Origin: a virus
Length of the DNA: 64,000 nt
IMG/VR virus record: IMGVR_UViG_3300012985_000010
Coordinates: 1-64,000 of that record
Reading direction: 5' to 3' (one strand)
Every line of letters starts with the position of its first letter. The stretch's first letter is position 1. Positions 40,332 through 50,116 of this stretch are shown here, in pieces. Under the pieces are notes generated by a model that saw only the letters and a list, made by a program, of their open reading frames with translations, was not told the origin of the DNA and did no database searches. The position numbers were made by a program, and so were the translations under genes.

Positions 40332-40387
40332 ATTGTATCAGGGGGTTGGGTATAAAGCAAAGGAGGCCCGAAGGCCTCCTTTTACTT
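40332..40387 (-). promoter_or_regulatory. Terminator hairpin fused to a TTGCTT-N17-TACAAT promoter
   Basis: AAAGGAGGCC-CGAA-GGCCTCCTTT stem; -35 at 40355-40360, -10 at 40332-40337. Confidence 0.72.
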
Positions 40388-40842
40388 TACCTGTCGTAGA
40401 ATTCCTTGACTTCGGCGTCAGTTGCTAGAACGAAACCGTCTTCCAATCGGAAGATTTCATTTGCGTCATTCCTTGGAACTGCGGCGAACGGATGGTCCTT
40501 GCTAAACTGGTACTTGCCTAGTGCCTCGTACGAGTAATTGCTTCGGGTCATCTTTAGTAGCAGTAGGTCTTCACCCTTGGTTGGCTTTGTTGGGGCAGGC
40601 GCTGCGCTACCGTCATTGTCATTGTTGTCAGACGGGGTGGCCTTGTCCTCCTCGTCATCATTGTCCTCGTTTGCTGCCTTCTGGGCTGCTTCTGCTGCCT
40701 CGTGGTACTCAGAGGAAATACCCTCTTCTTCCAGCCATGCGAGGATTTCCTTCTTTGTCTTGGTCTTGGCCTCAGCCTCGTCCAATCCATACCCTTCAGC
40801 GACTTGCCTCAGAGCGGCTACCTTAGTAGTTTCGAAACTCAT
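40387..40842 (-). CDS. Hypothetical protein after the capsid gene (N-terminal HeH/Rho-N-like segment, acidic linker)
   Basis: 'KVAALRQVAE.YGL...KTKKEIL' pattern; GGAAGG RBS. Confidence 0.65.
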   Translation of the reverse strand: MSFETTKVAALRQVAEGYGLDEAEAKTKTKKEILAWLEEEGISSEYHEAAEAAQKAANEDNDDEEDKATPSDNNDNDGSAAPAPTKPTKGEDLLLLKMTRSNYSYEALGKYQFSKDHPFAAVPRNDANEIFRLEDGFVLATDAEVKEFYDR

Positions 40843-40883
40843 GTACCTTCCTTTCCTTCCTCTAAGTGTATCATAAACCGAAC

Positions 40884-40909
40884 GGGAGGAGGGCCGAAGC
40901 CCTCCTCCC
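40884..40909 (-). terminator. Terminator after the major capsid gene
   Basis: GGGAGGAGGGC-CGAA-GCCCTCCTCCC perfect stem. Confidence 0.75.
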
Positions 40910-40933
40910 TATTCAGTTATGACATCGCTCGAA

Positions 40934-41944
40934 TTACGGTGCGACCTTGACATCCTTGACGACGACGTACGCGTCTAGGTTCTCGATTGCAACTCCAACT
41001 CGGACGTATACGGTGTACTCGGTTGTGTCCTTCTTTGGCTTGAACTCACGGTGAACCGTGACTTCACGCTTGATACCGACGATGCGGTTCTGTGGGAAGG
41101 TCAACTCGACGTATCCGTGGTTTCCAGTTGCTCCGGTGTATGTACCTGAAGCCGACTCTGTGTACAGAGGGACCTCAATGATAGGGATTCCGAAGGCGAA
41201 TGGAATTACGGTGCTACCACCAGCGCCCTGAGGTGCTGCTGGCGTACCACGAAGAATGCTTGCGGCAATGTCTTCTGGGGTACCACCAGTTCCAATCGTG
41301 GTCAGGTTGTATAGGTAGTCCTGTACAAGTCCTGAACCCGTGTAGAAACGTAGACCGGCACGACGCTGCTTGTAGACTCGTGGAAGCGCCTTAAGGGCCT
41401 TGTTGAAGGTACCCTTAGAGATTGTGCTTCCAGACTCGGAAGAAACACGACCACCGGCTAGGGACTGAACCCTGAAACCGTCGAATGACTTGTACAGCGG
41501 GTCGCCTGTCAATGCAGTCGAACCGTTGATGCAAAGGTCCTCGATGTCGTTTCCGAAAGCCGTAGCCATCAGACGTACGACGTGATCTTCCAGTCCTGAA
41601 CCCTCAATGTTGTCCTCTAGGGACTCGGTTGAAAGTTCGAAGTCTAGACGCAACTTCTTCGTGGTCAGCGAGACCTTGGAGAAGGTTGGGTTGGCGTTGA
41701 CACCAGTGTCGACGGCCTCAGTTGCGAGACGAGCCAACTTAGCGCCTACGGCCACCTTGTCAATGTCCATTGTGTCAGCCCTCATTCGGACTGTACGAGC
41801 ATCCTGTAGAATTACAGTCTGGTCCCACATGTAGTCAATGAACTTGTTAGCCTGGTCCTTGGTTAGAAGACCACCGCCACCCTGATTAACTCCATCAGTA
41901 CCGGTAGTGGTTACTACCTTTTCTAGAAGTTCGTTGTTACTCAT
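40934..41944 (-). CDS. Major capsid protein (HK97 fold)
   Basis: 'GGLL..DQA..FID', 'LSTESLEDNIEG', 'D.EDL.ING'; AGGTAGGTG RBS. Confidence 0.92.
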   Translation of the reverse strand: MSNNELLEKVVTTTGTDGVNQGGGGLLTKDQANKFIDYMWDQTVILQDARTVRMRADTMDIDKVAVGAKLARLATEAVDTGVNANPTFSKVSLTTKKLRLDFELSTESLEDNIEGSGLEDHVVRLMATAFGNDIEDLCINGSTALTGDPLYKSFDGFRVQSLAGGRVSSESGSTISKGTFNKALKALPRVYKQRRAGLRFYTGSGLVQDYLYNLTTIGTGGTPEDIAASILRGTPAAPQGAGGSTVIPFAFGIPIIEVPLYTESASGTYTGATGNHGYVELTFPQNRIVGIKREVTVHREFKPKKDTTEYTVYVRVGVAIENLDAYVVVKDVKVAP

Positions 41945-41975
41945 TATATGTTTTTCACCTACCTTTCGTTTTGGT

Positions 41976-43247
41976 TTAGTTTGATACTAGTGATTCGGTA
42001 CTGACGAAGGTTCCGTTCCACTCGCTCTTCTTAATTGTTTCCTCCGTTGATCCTCCTTCGAGGTCACCGGACTTCTTTACTGCCGTAGCCTTCTCTAGGC
42101 GGTCAGTGCTTGCCTTTACCTCACCAATTTCCTTGGTGACAGACTCCTTCACACCTTCGAGCGACTCGGAAATCTCCTTGGTTGTCTTTGCAAGGTCTTC
42201 TACACCAGCGACTGCTGTCTCTAGTGCGTCGATCTTCTTGCTAAAACCGGTTAGGGTCTCTGTGACTGCCGTTGAGAAAGATTCGAATGCCTTGGCAAGG
42301 TCGAACTCGTCCTTCGTCTCGACCTCAGAGACCTCTTCTACCGTTTCGTCTGCGGCAGGGGTTTCTACAACCTCAGCGACCTCTTCTACGGTCTCAACTG
42401 TTTCAACGGTCTCTTCGACCGGCTCTACTGTCTCTTCTGTTGCCAACTTTTCTACACCTCCTCTTCCGTCCGTTTCAGATGGTGTTGCCACCTCTTCTGA
42501 ATCCGGCTTAGTTACTTCCTCTGTGCCACGAGAGCCCAGAAACTTGTTTACGACATCGCCAATTGTGGTATTGGGGTCGTTGTGCTCGATCCAACCGATG
42601 TTCTCCATGTCAGACTCACAGATGGCGCACTTCCTGGTCTCGTCCGAGGTCATTACCGCTGCGCGGTCCTCGGGGCACCAGAAAACGTTGTCCAACTTGA
42701 TGTCTACAGCGGAGCCGGTAAGTTCTAGACCATCGGCTCCCTTCTGGATGGAAAGTACGTTGGCGAACTGATTAGCGGGGTTGTCTACTAGAGACAACTC
42801 GTGGAGTTCCAAGTCCTTGATTGTACGAATCGACTTCTGAACGTCCGGGTTGAACTCTGTGTCAGAGTCCTTGATCACTCCACCAATAGAAAAACCTGTC
42901 AGAGTGCCATCAAGGACCTTCTGCCAGGTATCTTCTGCTCCAAGTGAAATGTAAGACTTTACGAATACTCCCTGATAAGTCTTGTCAGACTCCGCATCGT
43001 AGTACGGCTCCTGACTGAATGAAACTACCTTTCCAACTGCAACAGGCTGGTGCATTTCGCGGAGATTACCACGGAACGTACCGAAAGCCTTGGTGGCAGC
43101 GTCGATAGGCACGATGTCATCGTGCTGGTCAATGTTGTCGAGAGATGCGAAGCCGGATACGATCCTGCGCTCCTTATCAATCTTGGCGAGCGGAACAGAG
43201 ATTCTGAACGAGTCGCCATTTGACGTAAATACGGTCTTTTCAATCAT
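41976..43247 (-). CDS. Capsid maturation protease with C-terminal scaffold
   Basis: 'REMH', 'TGFSIGG', 'ELSLVDNPAN' protease motifs; acidic coiled-coil tail; start at MIEK after TTGCGT-N17-TATTAT. Confidence 0.88.
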   Translation of the reverse strand: MIEKTVFTSNGDSFRISVPLAKIDKERRIVSGFASLDNIDQHDDIVPIDAATKAFGTFRGNLREMHQPVAVGKVVSFSQEPYYDAESDKTYQGVFVKSYISLGAEDTWQKVLDGTLTGFSIGGVIKDSDTEFNPDVQKSIRTIKDLELHELSLVDNPANQFANVLSIQKGADGLELTGSAVDIKLDNVFWCPEDRAAVMTSDETRKCAICESDMENIGWIEHNDPNTTIGDVVNKFLGSRGTEEVTKPDSEEVATPSETDGRGGVEKLATEETVEPVEETVETVETVEEVAEVVETPAADETVEEVSEVETKDEFDLAKAFESFSTAVTETLTGFSKKIDALETAVAGVEDLAKTTKEISESLEGVKESVTKEIGEVKASTDRLEKATAVKKSGDLEGGSTEETIKKSEWNGTFVSTESLVSN

Positions 43248-43276
43248 TGTGGTGTAATAATACCAACCTATTAGTT

Positions 43277-43681
43277 CTAACGCAAATTCTGGTGTTGCAA
43301 TTTCAGCATGATGTATAGATAACCGCAGGTCACCCAGATCAAAGCCGTGATTAGAGTCAGCAAAGCCTGCCATGCTGTGAAGACAAAGATGAACCACATT
43401 GTCAGCCAGAGGATGAACGTATTCATCACGCAAATCCTCAATGCGTTGTAGTAGTTCTTCCATCCCGCGTACATGGTGGGCAGGCCGATTAGTACAAAGA
43501 TGAGTCCTGTGATCCACTCAGGGTTTGTACCGAGCGGTGTGTTTGTGGTACGTCCAAGGAATACGTCCCAGGGAAGCATAATCCAGAGCCCAATGAGAAC
43601 TGTCCAGACACCGGCCACGAACGGAATGATGGGGTTAGGGAATCTGTGCGCCTCTTCTTTAAGCGTCTGGATTAGACTCAA
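43277..43681 (-). CDS. Four-TM membrane protein between portal and protease
   Basis: Four hydrophobic segments; overlaps the portal stop. Confidence 0.7.
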   Translation of the reverse strand: MSLIQTLKEEAHRFPNPIIPFVAGVWTVLIGLWIMLPWDVFLGRTTNTPLGTNPEWITGLIFVLIGLPTMYAGWKNYYNALRICVMNTFILWLTMWFIFVFTAWQALLTLITALIWVTCGYLYIMLKLQHQNLR

Positions 43682-45231
43682 GGTGTGGTCCTTCCGTCGC
43701 CCTTCGCGTTACGACCCTCGCCTGATGAATCAGTCGCTCTTGTAGCCCTTTGGCTGTCTCTTTCACGAGTTTGTCCTACTTGTGCAGCGTTTTCAGCCTG
43801 AATCTGCCCTGTTAGAGGCAAAACCTTGTCGCCGCCCTCGATAGGGGTCTTACCCTTACGGTTACGAATTTCGTTTGGAGTACTCTCCTGAATCGTCGCG
43901 TAAATCTTGTCGATGTCAGCCTGAGTCTTCTCATCGGTCAGCGTCAACTCGACCAACTTGAACTTGAATACGTCGGTGCGCTCTCCAATGATCTTCGAAA
44001 TCTTCTTCTGGACAATGTTCTGCTCAGGTCCGCAGACCTGCTCCTTGAACATCTTGTCAGCGTCACGAGCGGCTGCTAGGGCGATGCCGTTTGGCAGACC
44101 CAACTTGTTGATAGGCGTACGCTGAGTCATTAGAATCTCGTCGCGGTTGTCTGCACGGTAGGACTTGAAAGAGCCTTCCTGTACACCAGTCTCGACCGGC
44201 TTCATTTCGAAGTCGATCTTCTTGTCAATTGCCTCGGAAGACAATGGGATAACGACTGTGCGGTGGTTCTTACCCTTTACGTTTCCCTCTAGGAACTCCA
44301 TTAGTTCCTTTAGAGCACCGTCAGACCACTTAGCGTTCTTGGTGACGATGACGTATCGAGGAGCAGCCTTGTGCTCGAAGTAGTCCAGGTTGTACCTTGA
44401 AGAGAACTCGTTTCCTGCTACTGCTGTCTTAGCAGAAACAATCTCAGGCACTCCGTAATAGTTGCCTGTAGGTGAGTAGTTCTTGAAGTGAATAACCTCA
44501 TTAGGGTTGGTGTCTCCACCAATTGGATCTGGGTTTCCGCTCTGGAAGTTCGCAAAGAATACTGCGCGTCGGCCCACAATCTGGACAAACCCGTCACGCT
44601 TAGTTCGTACTCGTACGGTGCTGGCGGGGATGTGTCCAATGTAACTGATCTCGCCACCTACAGTTCTTCCAATCTCTAGATATCCATTACCTGTAGTCAG
44701 ATAATCCGTGTACATGTTCTTTAGGACTACAGTTAGGTCTTCGTCCTGGGAAATGTCGTCAAGCCAGTCCTTCACGTCGCTCTTTAGTCGAGCCTTCTTC
44801 CTACGGGCACGCTTGATTGACTCCTCGTTCTCTAGAGCCTCCATAGCCTGCAGCGCCCGGTCGGATTCGATTAGGTCATAACCTAGACCTACTGTATTAG
44901 TGCATCGAGCATCGACCGCTCCACGGTGGTACCCTGACATCTCATATAGGGCAGCCAGGTAATCCATGTTGTATGGTGGGGCTACAACTTCAAATGCGTT
45001 GTACCCGGTTTCTGTGTCCGTTTCAATTCGCTTGCTTCCAGCCTTGCGGCGAGCCAACTTCCTCTTGAAAACAGGTGAAAGGCCCTTTAGGGTCGCTGTC
45101 TCTTCTAGGTCAAGGGCGAACTCGTCTTCAAATACCTTTACGACACCAGCGGCTTCGCTGATATCTGGGTAATTTACCGACAGTTCAAACTCCTCGGTAT
45201 CGTCTTCTACTGCTGAAACTGAACTAGTCAC
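43678..45231 (-). CDS. Portal protein
   Basis: 'TGNGYLEI.R', 'HIP..TVR', 'NEVIHFK...YYGVP', 'TPNEIR...P..GGD'. Confidence 0.92.
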   Translation of the reverse strand: MTSSVSAVEDDTEEFELSVNYPDISEAAGVVKVFEDEFALDLEETATLKGLSPVFKRKLARRKAGSKRIETDTETGYNAFEVVAPPYNMDYLAALYEMSGYHRGAVDARCTNTVGLGYDLIESDRALQAMEALENEESIKRARRKKARLKSDVKDWLDDISQDEDLTVVLKNMYTDYLTTGNGYLEIGRTVGGEISYIGHIPASTVRVRTKRDGFVQIVGRRAVFFANFQSGNPDPIGGDTNPNEVIHFKNYSPTGNYYGVPEIVSAKTAVAGNEFSSRYNLDYFEHKAAPRYVIVTKNAKWSDGALKELMEFLEGNVKGKNHRTVVIPLSSEAIDKKIDFEMKPVETGVQEGSFKSYRADNRDEILMTQRTPINKLGLPNGIALAAARDADKMFKEQVCGPEQNIVQKKISKIIGERTDVFKFKLVELTLTDEKTQADIDKIYATIQESTPNEIRNRKGKTPIEGGDKVLPLTGQIQAENAAQVGQTRERDSQRATRATDSSGEGRNAKGDGRTTP

Positions 45232-45592
45232 GCAGACCGGCCTCCTGAGCCTTCATTGTGTCAATAAGTGCTGGGACATCCCATTCGTCAGGCTGCTCGC
45301 CTGCGGCTAGACGCTCCAACTGCTCCTGGTATTCCTCATCTGTAACCTTGCGCTGACCGGCCATGAATACAGGCTGGCCCTCGTTAACACCGAGAGACCT
45401 AGCGGCATCTGCCATCTTAGCCATCTTTGTAAGATCGCCACGCATACTTGGTACGACTAGGAAGTTTCCTTCGTCGTCACCGATATATGTACCATCAGGC
45501 ATCTTCCAGTAGTAAAGACCGTAATCTGCCTCTTCGACCGCCGAAACGCGAGCGTTCTTGACGACCTTCTTTAGTAGTTCTTCATCATCCAT
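45224..45592 (-). CDS. Hypothetical protein upstream of portal, leaderless start MDDEELL
   Basis: ATG 7 nt after TACAAT; 'GLYYW.MPDG...D.EGNFL'. Confidence 0.7.
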   Translation of the reverse strand: MDDEELLKKVVKNARVSAVEEADYGLYYWKMPDGTYIGDDEGNFLVVPSMRGDLTKMAKMADAARSLGVNEGQPVFMAGQRKVTDEEYQEQLERLAAGEQPDEWDVPALIDTMKAQEAGLRD

Positions 45593-45620
45593 AACACCGA
45601 TTGTACACCCAATGGACTTA

Positions 45621-48600
45621 TTATGCAGAATCTGGCTGCTGGTCGACCGAAATCTGCTTGTAACCCCAGGTTCCTGACACGTTGACGAACCTATCTGGCG
45701 AGTTTGGCTCACTTAGCGTCGCAGCGACGGTATCAGTTAGTTTACCGCTATTCCTTCCACGCAAAACGTCGTAGTGCTCGGCCATATCTGCTGCGCTCAA
45801 TACATAGTCGTAGAGTCCGATCATCTTGACCGTACCACCGATGGAACTGGTTGCGACGTTGGCAATTGACTTAGCCATGAAGTTGAACTTACCCACATCG
45901 TTTGCGATTGGGGCAATTGCAGTGTTCGTACTCATGACGACATAGTGCCACTGCTGGCTAGGGAAGTAATACCCAGTTGGGGACGCTGGCATGGCAGAGC
46001 CCATCGTTGCCTGACCACCATAAATGGTTACGCTGGTAAATCCGGTGTACTGGTACACCGTTCCGTCGTAGTACAGAGAGTAAACCGTGGTTCCGTTGTC
46101 ATGGTAGAACAAATACTGGTTGGTAGCCCTGGACCTGATCCTGAACAGCATTTCAATTGACTTATAGGTCTTTGCTGAACCCAGGAGCGTTCCAGAGGCG
46201 TCAACGGACGCGTCGGTGCTATTGCTCTGGAAGTCAAGGTGTAGACCGGAGACGGTATTGGCATAGAAGCCATTGTAAACGCTATATGATGATGGGTGGA
46301 GGTCCAGTTCACCGAAGATTGGTACGGTACCGGAGACGGTCAGAGCCCTGCCGTGGTTTGCGCCCACGACCGAGTGGCTGTTGAAAATCTTGAACCTCAG
46401 CCTGTCAATATTGACCTTTGCGTGGCTGGAATCATCGGTCTGCAACTCTACACGCACCCAGAGTGTAGAGTTACTCAGTACCTGGCCGTTTGTAGCGAAG
46501 AACGGAATGGAGTTGTCGTTGTCCACTCTGATGTTAGACCAGTTGGTACCATCCGGGCCGGTCCTGACGATTGCGTGGTATCCGTCAGTTGCAGTGATGC
46601 CCGCTACGGCACGAGTCTGTGGGCCGTAGTTCATTCTGGACGAGGCAATAGTTCCATCTGGCAGTGGAATCTTATAGGTAGCGTATCCGTACTGAGACAC
46701 CTCTAGATTTCCATTAGCAAACTGAGGAGTCCTCGACAACTTCAAGGTGAAGTCGGCTACGGTGTCTGAGAAGGTCAATGATGCTTCCGGCTTGTTTCTG
46801 ATATTGATAACCTTCAACTTAGAGTTCCACGGCTTGGTGTACTCGAAGTTGTTTCCAATTACGATATCAGCGGTGTTGTCGAATGCAATAGAGGCTGCAC
46901 TGGTATTTGTCAATGTGATAGAGGTTCCACCAGTATCCGTGTAAACTACCACCTTGTCATTCTCGATTACTGTGTAGAACGAGTGCCATCCGGTACCGAT
47001 GGCTGTTGAAAGCGCACCCTCGGTCTCTTGGGTAGTCCACGCCAATGTGTATGGGTCGAGGTACTCGTATGTAATAGCCAACTTATTGTTCGACTTGATG
47101 CGAAGCGTGACGACCTTCTTTGAGTCACCGCTCCTCAATTGCCATAGCACGGCCTCTACTGATGTGTTGTGTACCGCTGTGTCAACGTAGTATGACCCCT
47201 GGATTGATGAGAAGTTCTGCCCCATGTATGTACCAACGTCATTGTAAACAATTCCCTGGTTGGTGTAGACATAGACACCATCGTTCACCGTCGCGCTGTA
47301 CAGAAGGTCTCTCCAGACGTACAGACGGTCAATCCACATTTCATCACCAGAGACAGCATCAGTTGCTGCATTCTCAGCGCCAAATTCAGCGTAATATGCG
47401 TTTGACGGTGCCTTGACGTTTACCTCGTGAAGAATAGGTCCGTTTAGGCTTACAGATGCAGCCTGGGTGGTTCCGTAGTCAGTAGAGATCAGGCCTCCGA
47501 CGTTGTTATACCAGGAAACCCTAAGACGAGCCTGCTTTGAGTGGTACACATTTGCGTGTACTCGGTACGTCTGATTAGGCGTGACAAGGTATGCGAGGTA
47601 GCCACGCATCTTTTCAGGGCCACCAGAGGTCTTGCGGAAATAGATAGAGTGATTGGCGTTGATGAAGTATGTGCTATTAGGAACGGTTGATCCACCACCG
47701 TCGCCATAAATGACACAGTTCTCTGCAACCCAGCCGCCGGTGCCGTAGGTCCTGATGTTTGCATCCTGGTCACCAATGATACTCTCATACGGCTTTTCAC
47801 CACCGAGATATGCTACAGCAGGTTCAATGTTGTAAAGGCTAACTCCATCTGCCTGAATTGAGACGTTCCTGTATGCCTCCGGGGCTGTCCATGTGTCAAC
47901 GTCAAATGACTTGTCGAAGAGGACGCCGTTGGCACCATCGTTGATGTTGTAAATCTCACCACCGTCAGCCTCGAATGCGCTAACGTAATCTGGGAAGTCA
48001 ATACCGGCAGCGTAGTGGTCCTTTATCTCCTTATCGGAAAGTACACGGTTGTAGACTGCATGGTTTTCAACCCACATCGCTCCACCGGCTGAGCCTGTGG
48101 TTGGAATCTGGAACGCCTTTGATGCGTTGTTTAGACCTCTGATCCAAGGACTATTCATTGGCATTGAGCCTACCGGCTCACCGTTTACATACAGCGCAGC
48201 ACCGGCACCGGTCCATACGCCCACAACATGGTACGCGCGGGCGAGGTCAGGAAGTCCGTAGTAGACCTCTGCTAGTGGGAAATACTTGTCGTATCCTCGA
48301 CCGTAGTTCCAGCCTTCGCCGGAGACACCCCATACGAGCATTCCATTGCTAATCCTGAATCCAGAGCGGTAGCAGAAGTTGATAGCGAAGTCGCTGTAAA
48401 AGAGGCTGTTTGAGTCAGTCCATGTAATGTTGTCAAGGTGGAACCAGAACTCGACGCTAAACGGGTGGTCTTCACCATTAAGCGGAGTGGTGTATCCATT
48501 TGCCATATTTGACCGGGCGAGGTCTGAGGCCGAGTTTTGCTGGAACCTCATACACCCGTCGGAACCGGCTGTCATTGGGAAGTTTCGGAACTGATATGTC

Positions 48601-48728
48601 GAGTAAGCGCCGCCGCCAGATGTGATTGTGCGTCCACCACCAGTAGAGTCCGCTGCTGGAAGCGCGGTGTCGTCTAGCCGGTGGTGGGTTACGGGGTTGG
48701 ACTTAAGGACTTCTTCAATGTAGGCCAT
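45621..48728 (-). CDS. LamG/concanavalin-A-domain virion protein
   Basis: 'P..H.RLD', 'FSVEFW', 'YHVVGVW....LYVNG', 'AVYNRVLS..EI..HY' LamG pattern; leaderless start MAYIEE. Confidence 0.8.
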   Translation of the reverse strand: MAYIEEVLKSNPVTHHRLDDTALPAADSTGGGRTITSGGGAYSTYQFRNFPMTAGSDGCMRFQQNSASDLARSNMANGYTTPLNGEDHPFSVEFWFHLDNITWTDSNSLFYSDFAINFCYRSGFRISNGMLVWGVSGEGWNYGRGYDKYFPLAEVYYGLPDLARAYHVVGVWTGAGAALYVNGEPVGSMPMNSPWIRGLNNASKAFQIPTTGSAGGAMWVENHAVYNRVLSDKEIKDHYAAGIDFPDYVSAFEADGGEIYNINDGANGVLFDKSFDVDTWTAPEAYRNVSIQADGVSLYNIEPAVAYLGGEKPYESIIGDQDANIRTYGTGGWVAENCVIYGDGGGSTVPNSTYFINANHSIYFRKTSGGPEKMRGYLAYLVTPNQTYRVHANVYHSKQARLRVSWYNNVGGLISTDYGTTQAASVSLNGPILHEVNVKAPSNAYYAEFGAENAATDAVSGDEMWIDRLYVWRDLLYSATVNDGVYVYTNQGIVYNDVGTYMGQNFSSIQGSYYVDTAVHNTSVEAVLWQLRSGDSKKVVTLRIKSNNKLAITYEYLDPYTLAWTTQETEGALSTAIGTGWHSFYTVIENDKVVVYTDTGGTSITLTNTSAASIAFDNTADIVIGNNFEYTKPWNSKLKVINIRNKPEASLTFSDTVADFTLKLSRTPQFANGNLEVSQYGYATYKIPLPDGTIASSRMNYGPQTRAVAGITATDGYHAIVRTGPDGTNWSNIRVDNDNSIPFFATNGQVLSNSTLWVRVELQTDDSSHAKVNIDRLRFKIFNSHSVVGANHGRALTVSGTVPIFGELDLHPSSYSVYNGFYANTVSGLHLDFQSNSTDASVDASGTLLGSAKTYKSIEMLFRIRSRATNQYLFYHDNGTTVYSLYYDGTVYQYTGFTSVTIYGGQATMGSAMPASPTGYYFPSQQWHYVVMSTNTAIAPIANDVGKFNFMAKSIANVATSSIGGTVKMIGLYDYVLSAADMAEHYDVLRGRNSGKLTDTVAATLSEPNSPDRFVNVSGTWGYKQISVDQQPDSA

Positions 48729-48735
48729 ACGTTCG

Positions 48736-48794
48736 ATTATATCGTCTGGCTGGGGATAAAGCAAACCCGGCCCCACCTAGGGACCGGGTTGCTT
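48736..48794 (-). promoter_or_regulatory. Terminator hairpin fused to a TTGCTT-N17-TATAAT promoter
   Basis: AACCCGG..CCGGGTT stem plus TGCTTT; -35 at 48759-48764, -10 at 48736-48741. Confidence 0.72.
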
Positions 48795-48881
48795 AATCGT
48801 AACTATTACCATACCTAAGGTCCTTCTGCACGAAGGCCGGTAGACGACTTACCCCGCTGTATTACCAGCAAGCCACGCCGT
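48758..48881 (-). ncRNA. Candidate ~120-nt small RNA
   Basis: Extended -10 TGGTATACT (48888-48896), two hairpins, then a terminator; longest ORF seen is 11 codons. Confidence 0.4.
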
Positions 48882-48896
48882 AGTTCTAGTATACCA

Positions 48897-49703
48897 CTAC
48901 TTGTAACGCTTGTTGTAAACGGACTGCTGCAAAGCCTTCCATGTACCGCCGCGACCCGTAGGGCCACCGCCAACTGCGCCATTAGGATTCCTGTAGTTGT
49001 GCTTCTTCTGGTACGAAACGATTGCCTTATGCAGGCCGTCGTTGGCTGTACCGGTCAGAGGTCCCTTGTAGTATCCAAGGTACTTCAACCACTTCTGAAT
49101 CCTCAATACGTTCGACTGGTCAGCGAAGGTAGCATTTCCATTGTGAATGTTCTTCCTGATGCTGGCCTTGAACTTCAACTTCTTGCCGAAATACTGCCCC
49201 ACCTTTAGAGGGAACTTACTTGGCTTGAATGGAGGAGTTGTTGGGTACTTGTCGTGAATTCGGACATATCCAACAACGTTAGCAGCCCTTCTCCACTGGT
49301 ACGCTACAGTTCCACCATTCCACTGATTTGCAGCCGAAGTATTTCCGCCTACAGAGTAGTAGCCTCGTGAGGTTGCGTCTGCGGCTGCCATTTCGACATG
49401 GCGACCGTGGGCGAAGAGGACAACTAGGTCACCCTTCTTTAGACCCTTGATGCCGCTGTGCCAACGACCACGCTGACGACCCCACTGCTCGATATAAGAT
49501 ACGGATACCATCTGCCAAGGCAACTTTAGACCTCCGTGGTAAGCAGCGTCAATGACGAATGCTCCACACCAAGGGTTGCCCTGTAGGTTTACACCCCAAT
49601 GGCTCTTAACGTGCTCCCAGGCAAAGCAGCGGTTCGAGCCACGAGGACTCTCTGTGCGGCCTACCTGCGCGCGTGCGTATGTGACTGCTGTATGCACACC
49701 CAT
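48897..49703 (-). CDS. Endolysin (CHAP-like catalytic domain plus peptidoglycan-binding domain)
   Basis: 'PWCGAFV', 'GDLV.F...HVE', 'GNTS'; C-terminal 'VLRIQKWL..LGYY.G..TG....AI..YQK'. Confidence 0.85.
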   Translation of the reverse strand: MGVHTAVTYARAQVGRTESPRGSNRCFAWEHVKSHWGVNLQGNPWCGAFVIDAAYHGGLKLPWQMVSVSYIEQWGRQRGRWHSGIKGLKKGDLVVLFAHGRHVEMAAADATSRGYYSVGGNTSAANQWNGGTVAYQWRRAANVVGYVRIHDKYPTTPPFKPSKFPLKVGQYFGKKLKFKASIRKNIHNGNATFADQSNVLRIQKWLKYLGYYKGPLTGTANDGLHKAIVSYQKKHNYRNPNGAVGGGPTGRGGTWKALQQSVYNKRYK

Positions 49704-50089
49704 TACGCTTCACTCCCTGATCCGCCGATGTCTAGACCGTCAAGGACGGTGGTGTCATCGAGGTCTTCGATGACTTCCTCGTCTAGGTCAATATCTACAT
49801 CTGCGATTGGAGCCTCGCCTGGTGCCGAAACGTCACCGGGCTCTGCTGGGTCTACGACCTCAGTCGTCTCTTCTACTGGTACTTCTTCTGGAACCTCGGC
49901 TGGGTCCTCAGGGGATGGTTCAACAACTTCCTCCGGTACTTCTACCGGCTCCTCTACAGGAGTTTCCACTGGAGTATCAACAACCGGGGTTTCCACTACT
50001 ACAGAGCCCTCGTCTTCCTGCTCCAATGGAACAGGGCCACGGCCCAATAGCGCGCTAATGAAAGCGATGATTCTGTCAATTATTGACAC
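49703..50089 (-). CDS. Acidic Pro/Glu/Val-rich protein with N-terminal amphipathic helix, coupled to the endolysin
   Basis: AGGAGG RBS; TAATG overlap with the lysin. Confidence 0.65.
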   Translation of the reverse strand: MSIIDRIIAFISALLGRGPVPLEQEDEGSVVVETPVVDTPVETPVEEPVEVPEEVVEPSPEDPAEVPEEVPVEETTEVVDPAEPGDVSAPGEAPIADVDIDLDEEVIEDLDDTTVLDGLDIGGSGSEA

Positions 50090-50116
50090 TTCTGAAAACC
50101 TCCTTTAGTTCTCTTT

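Noticed and set aside
43248-43517. 90-aa N-terminal extension of the capsid protease in the ORF track
   Set aside because: Overlaps the membrane-protein gene; a promoter just upstream of ATG 43247 points to the shorter start.
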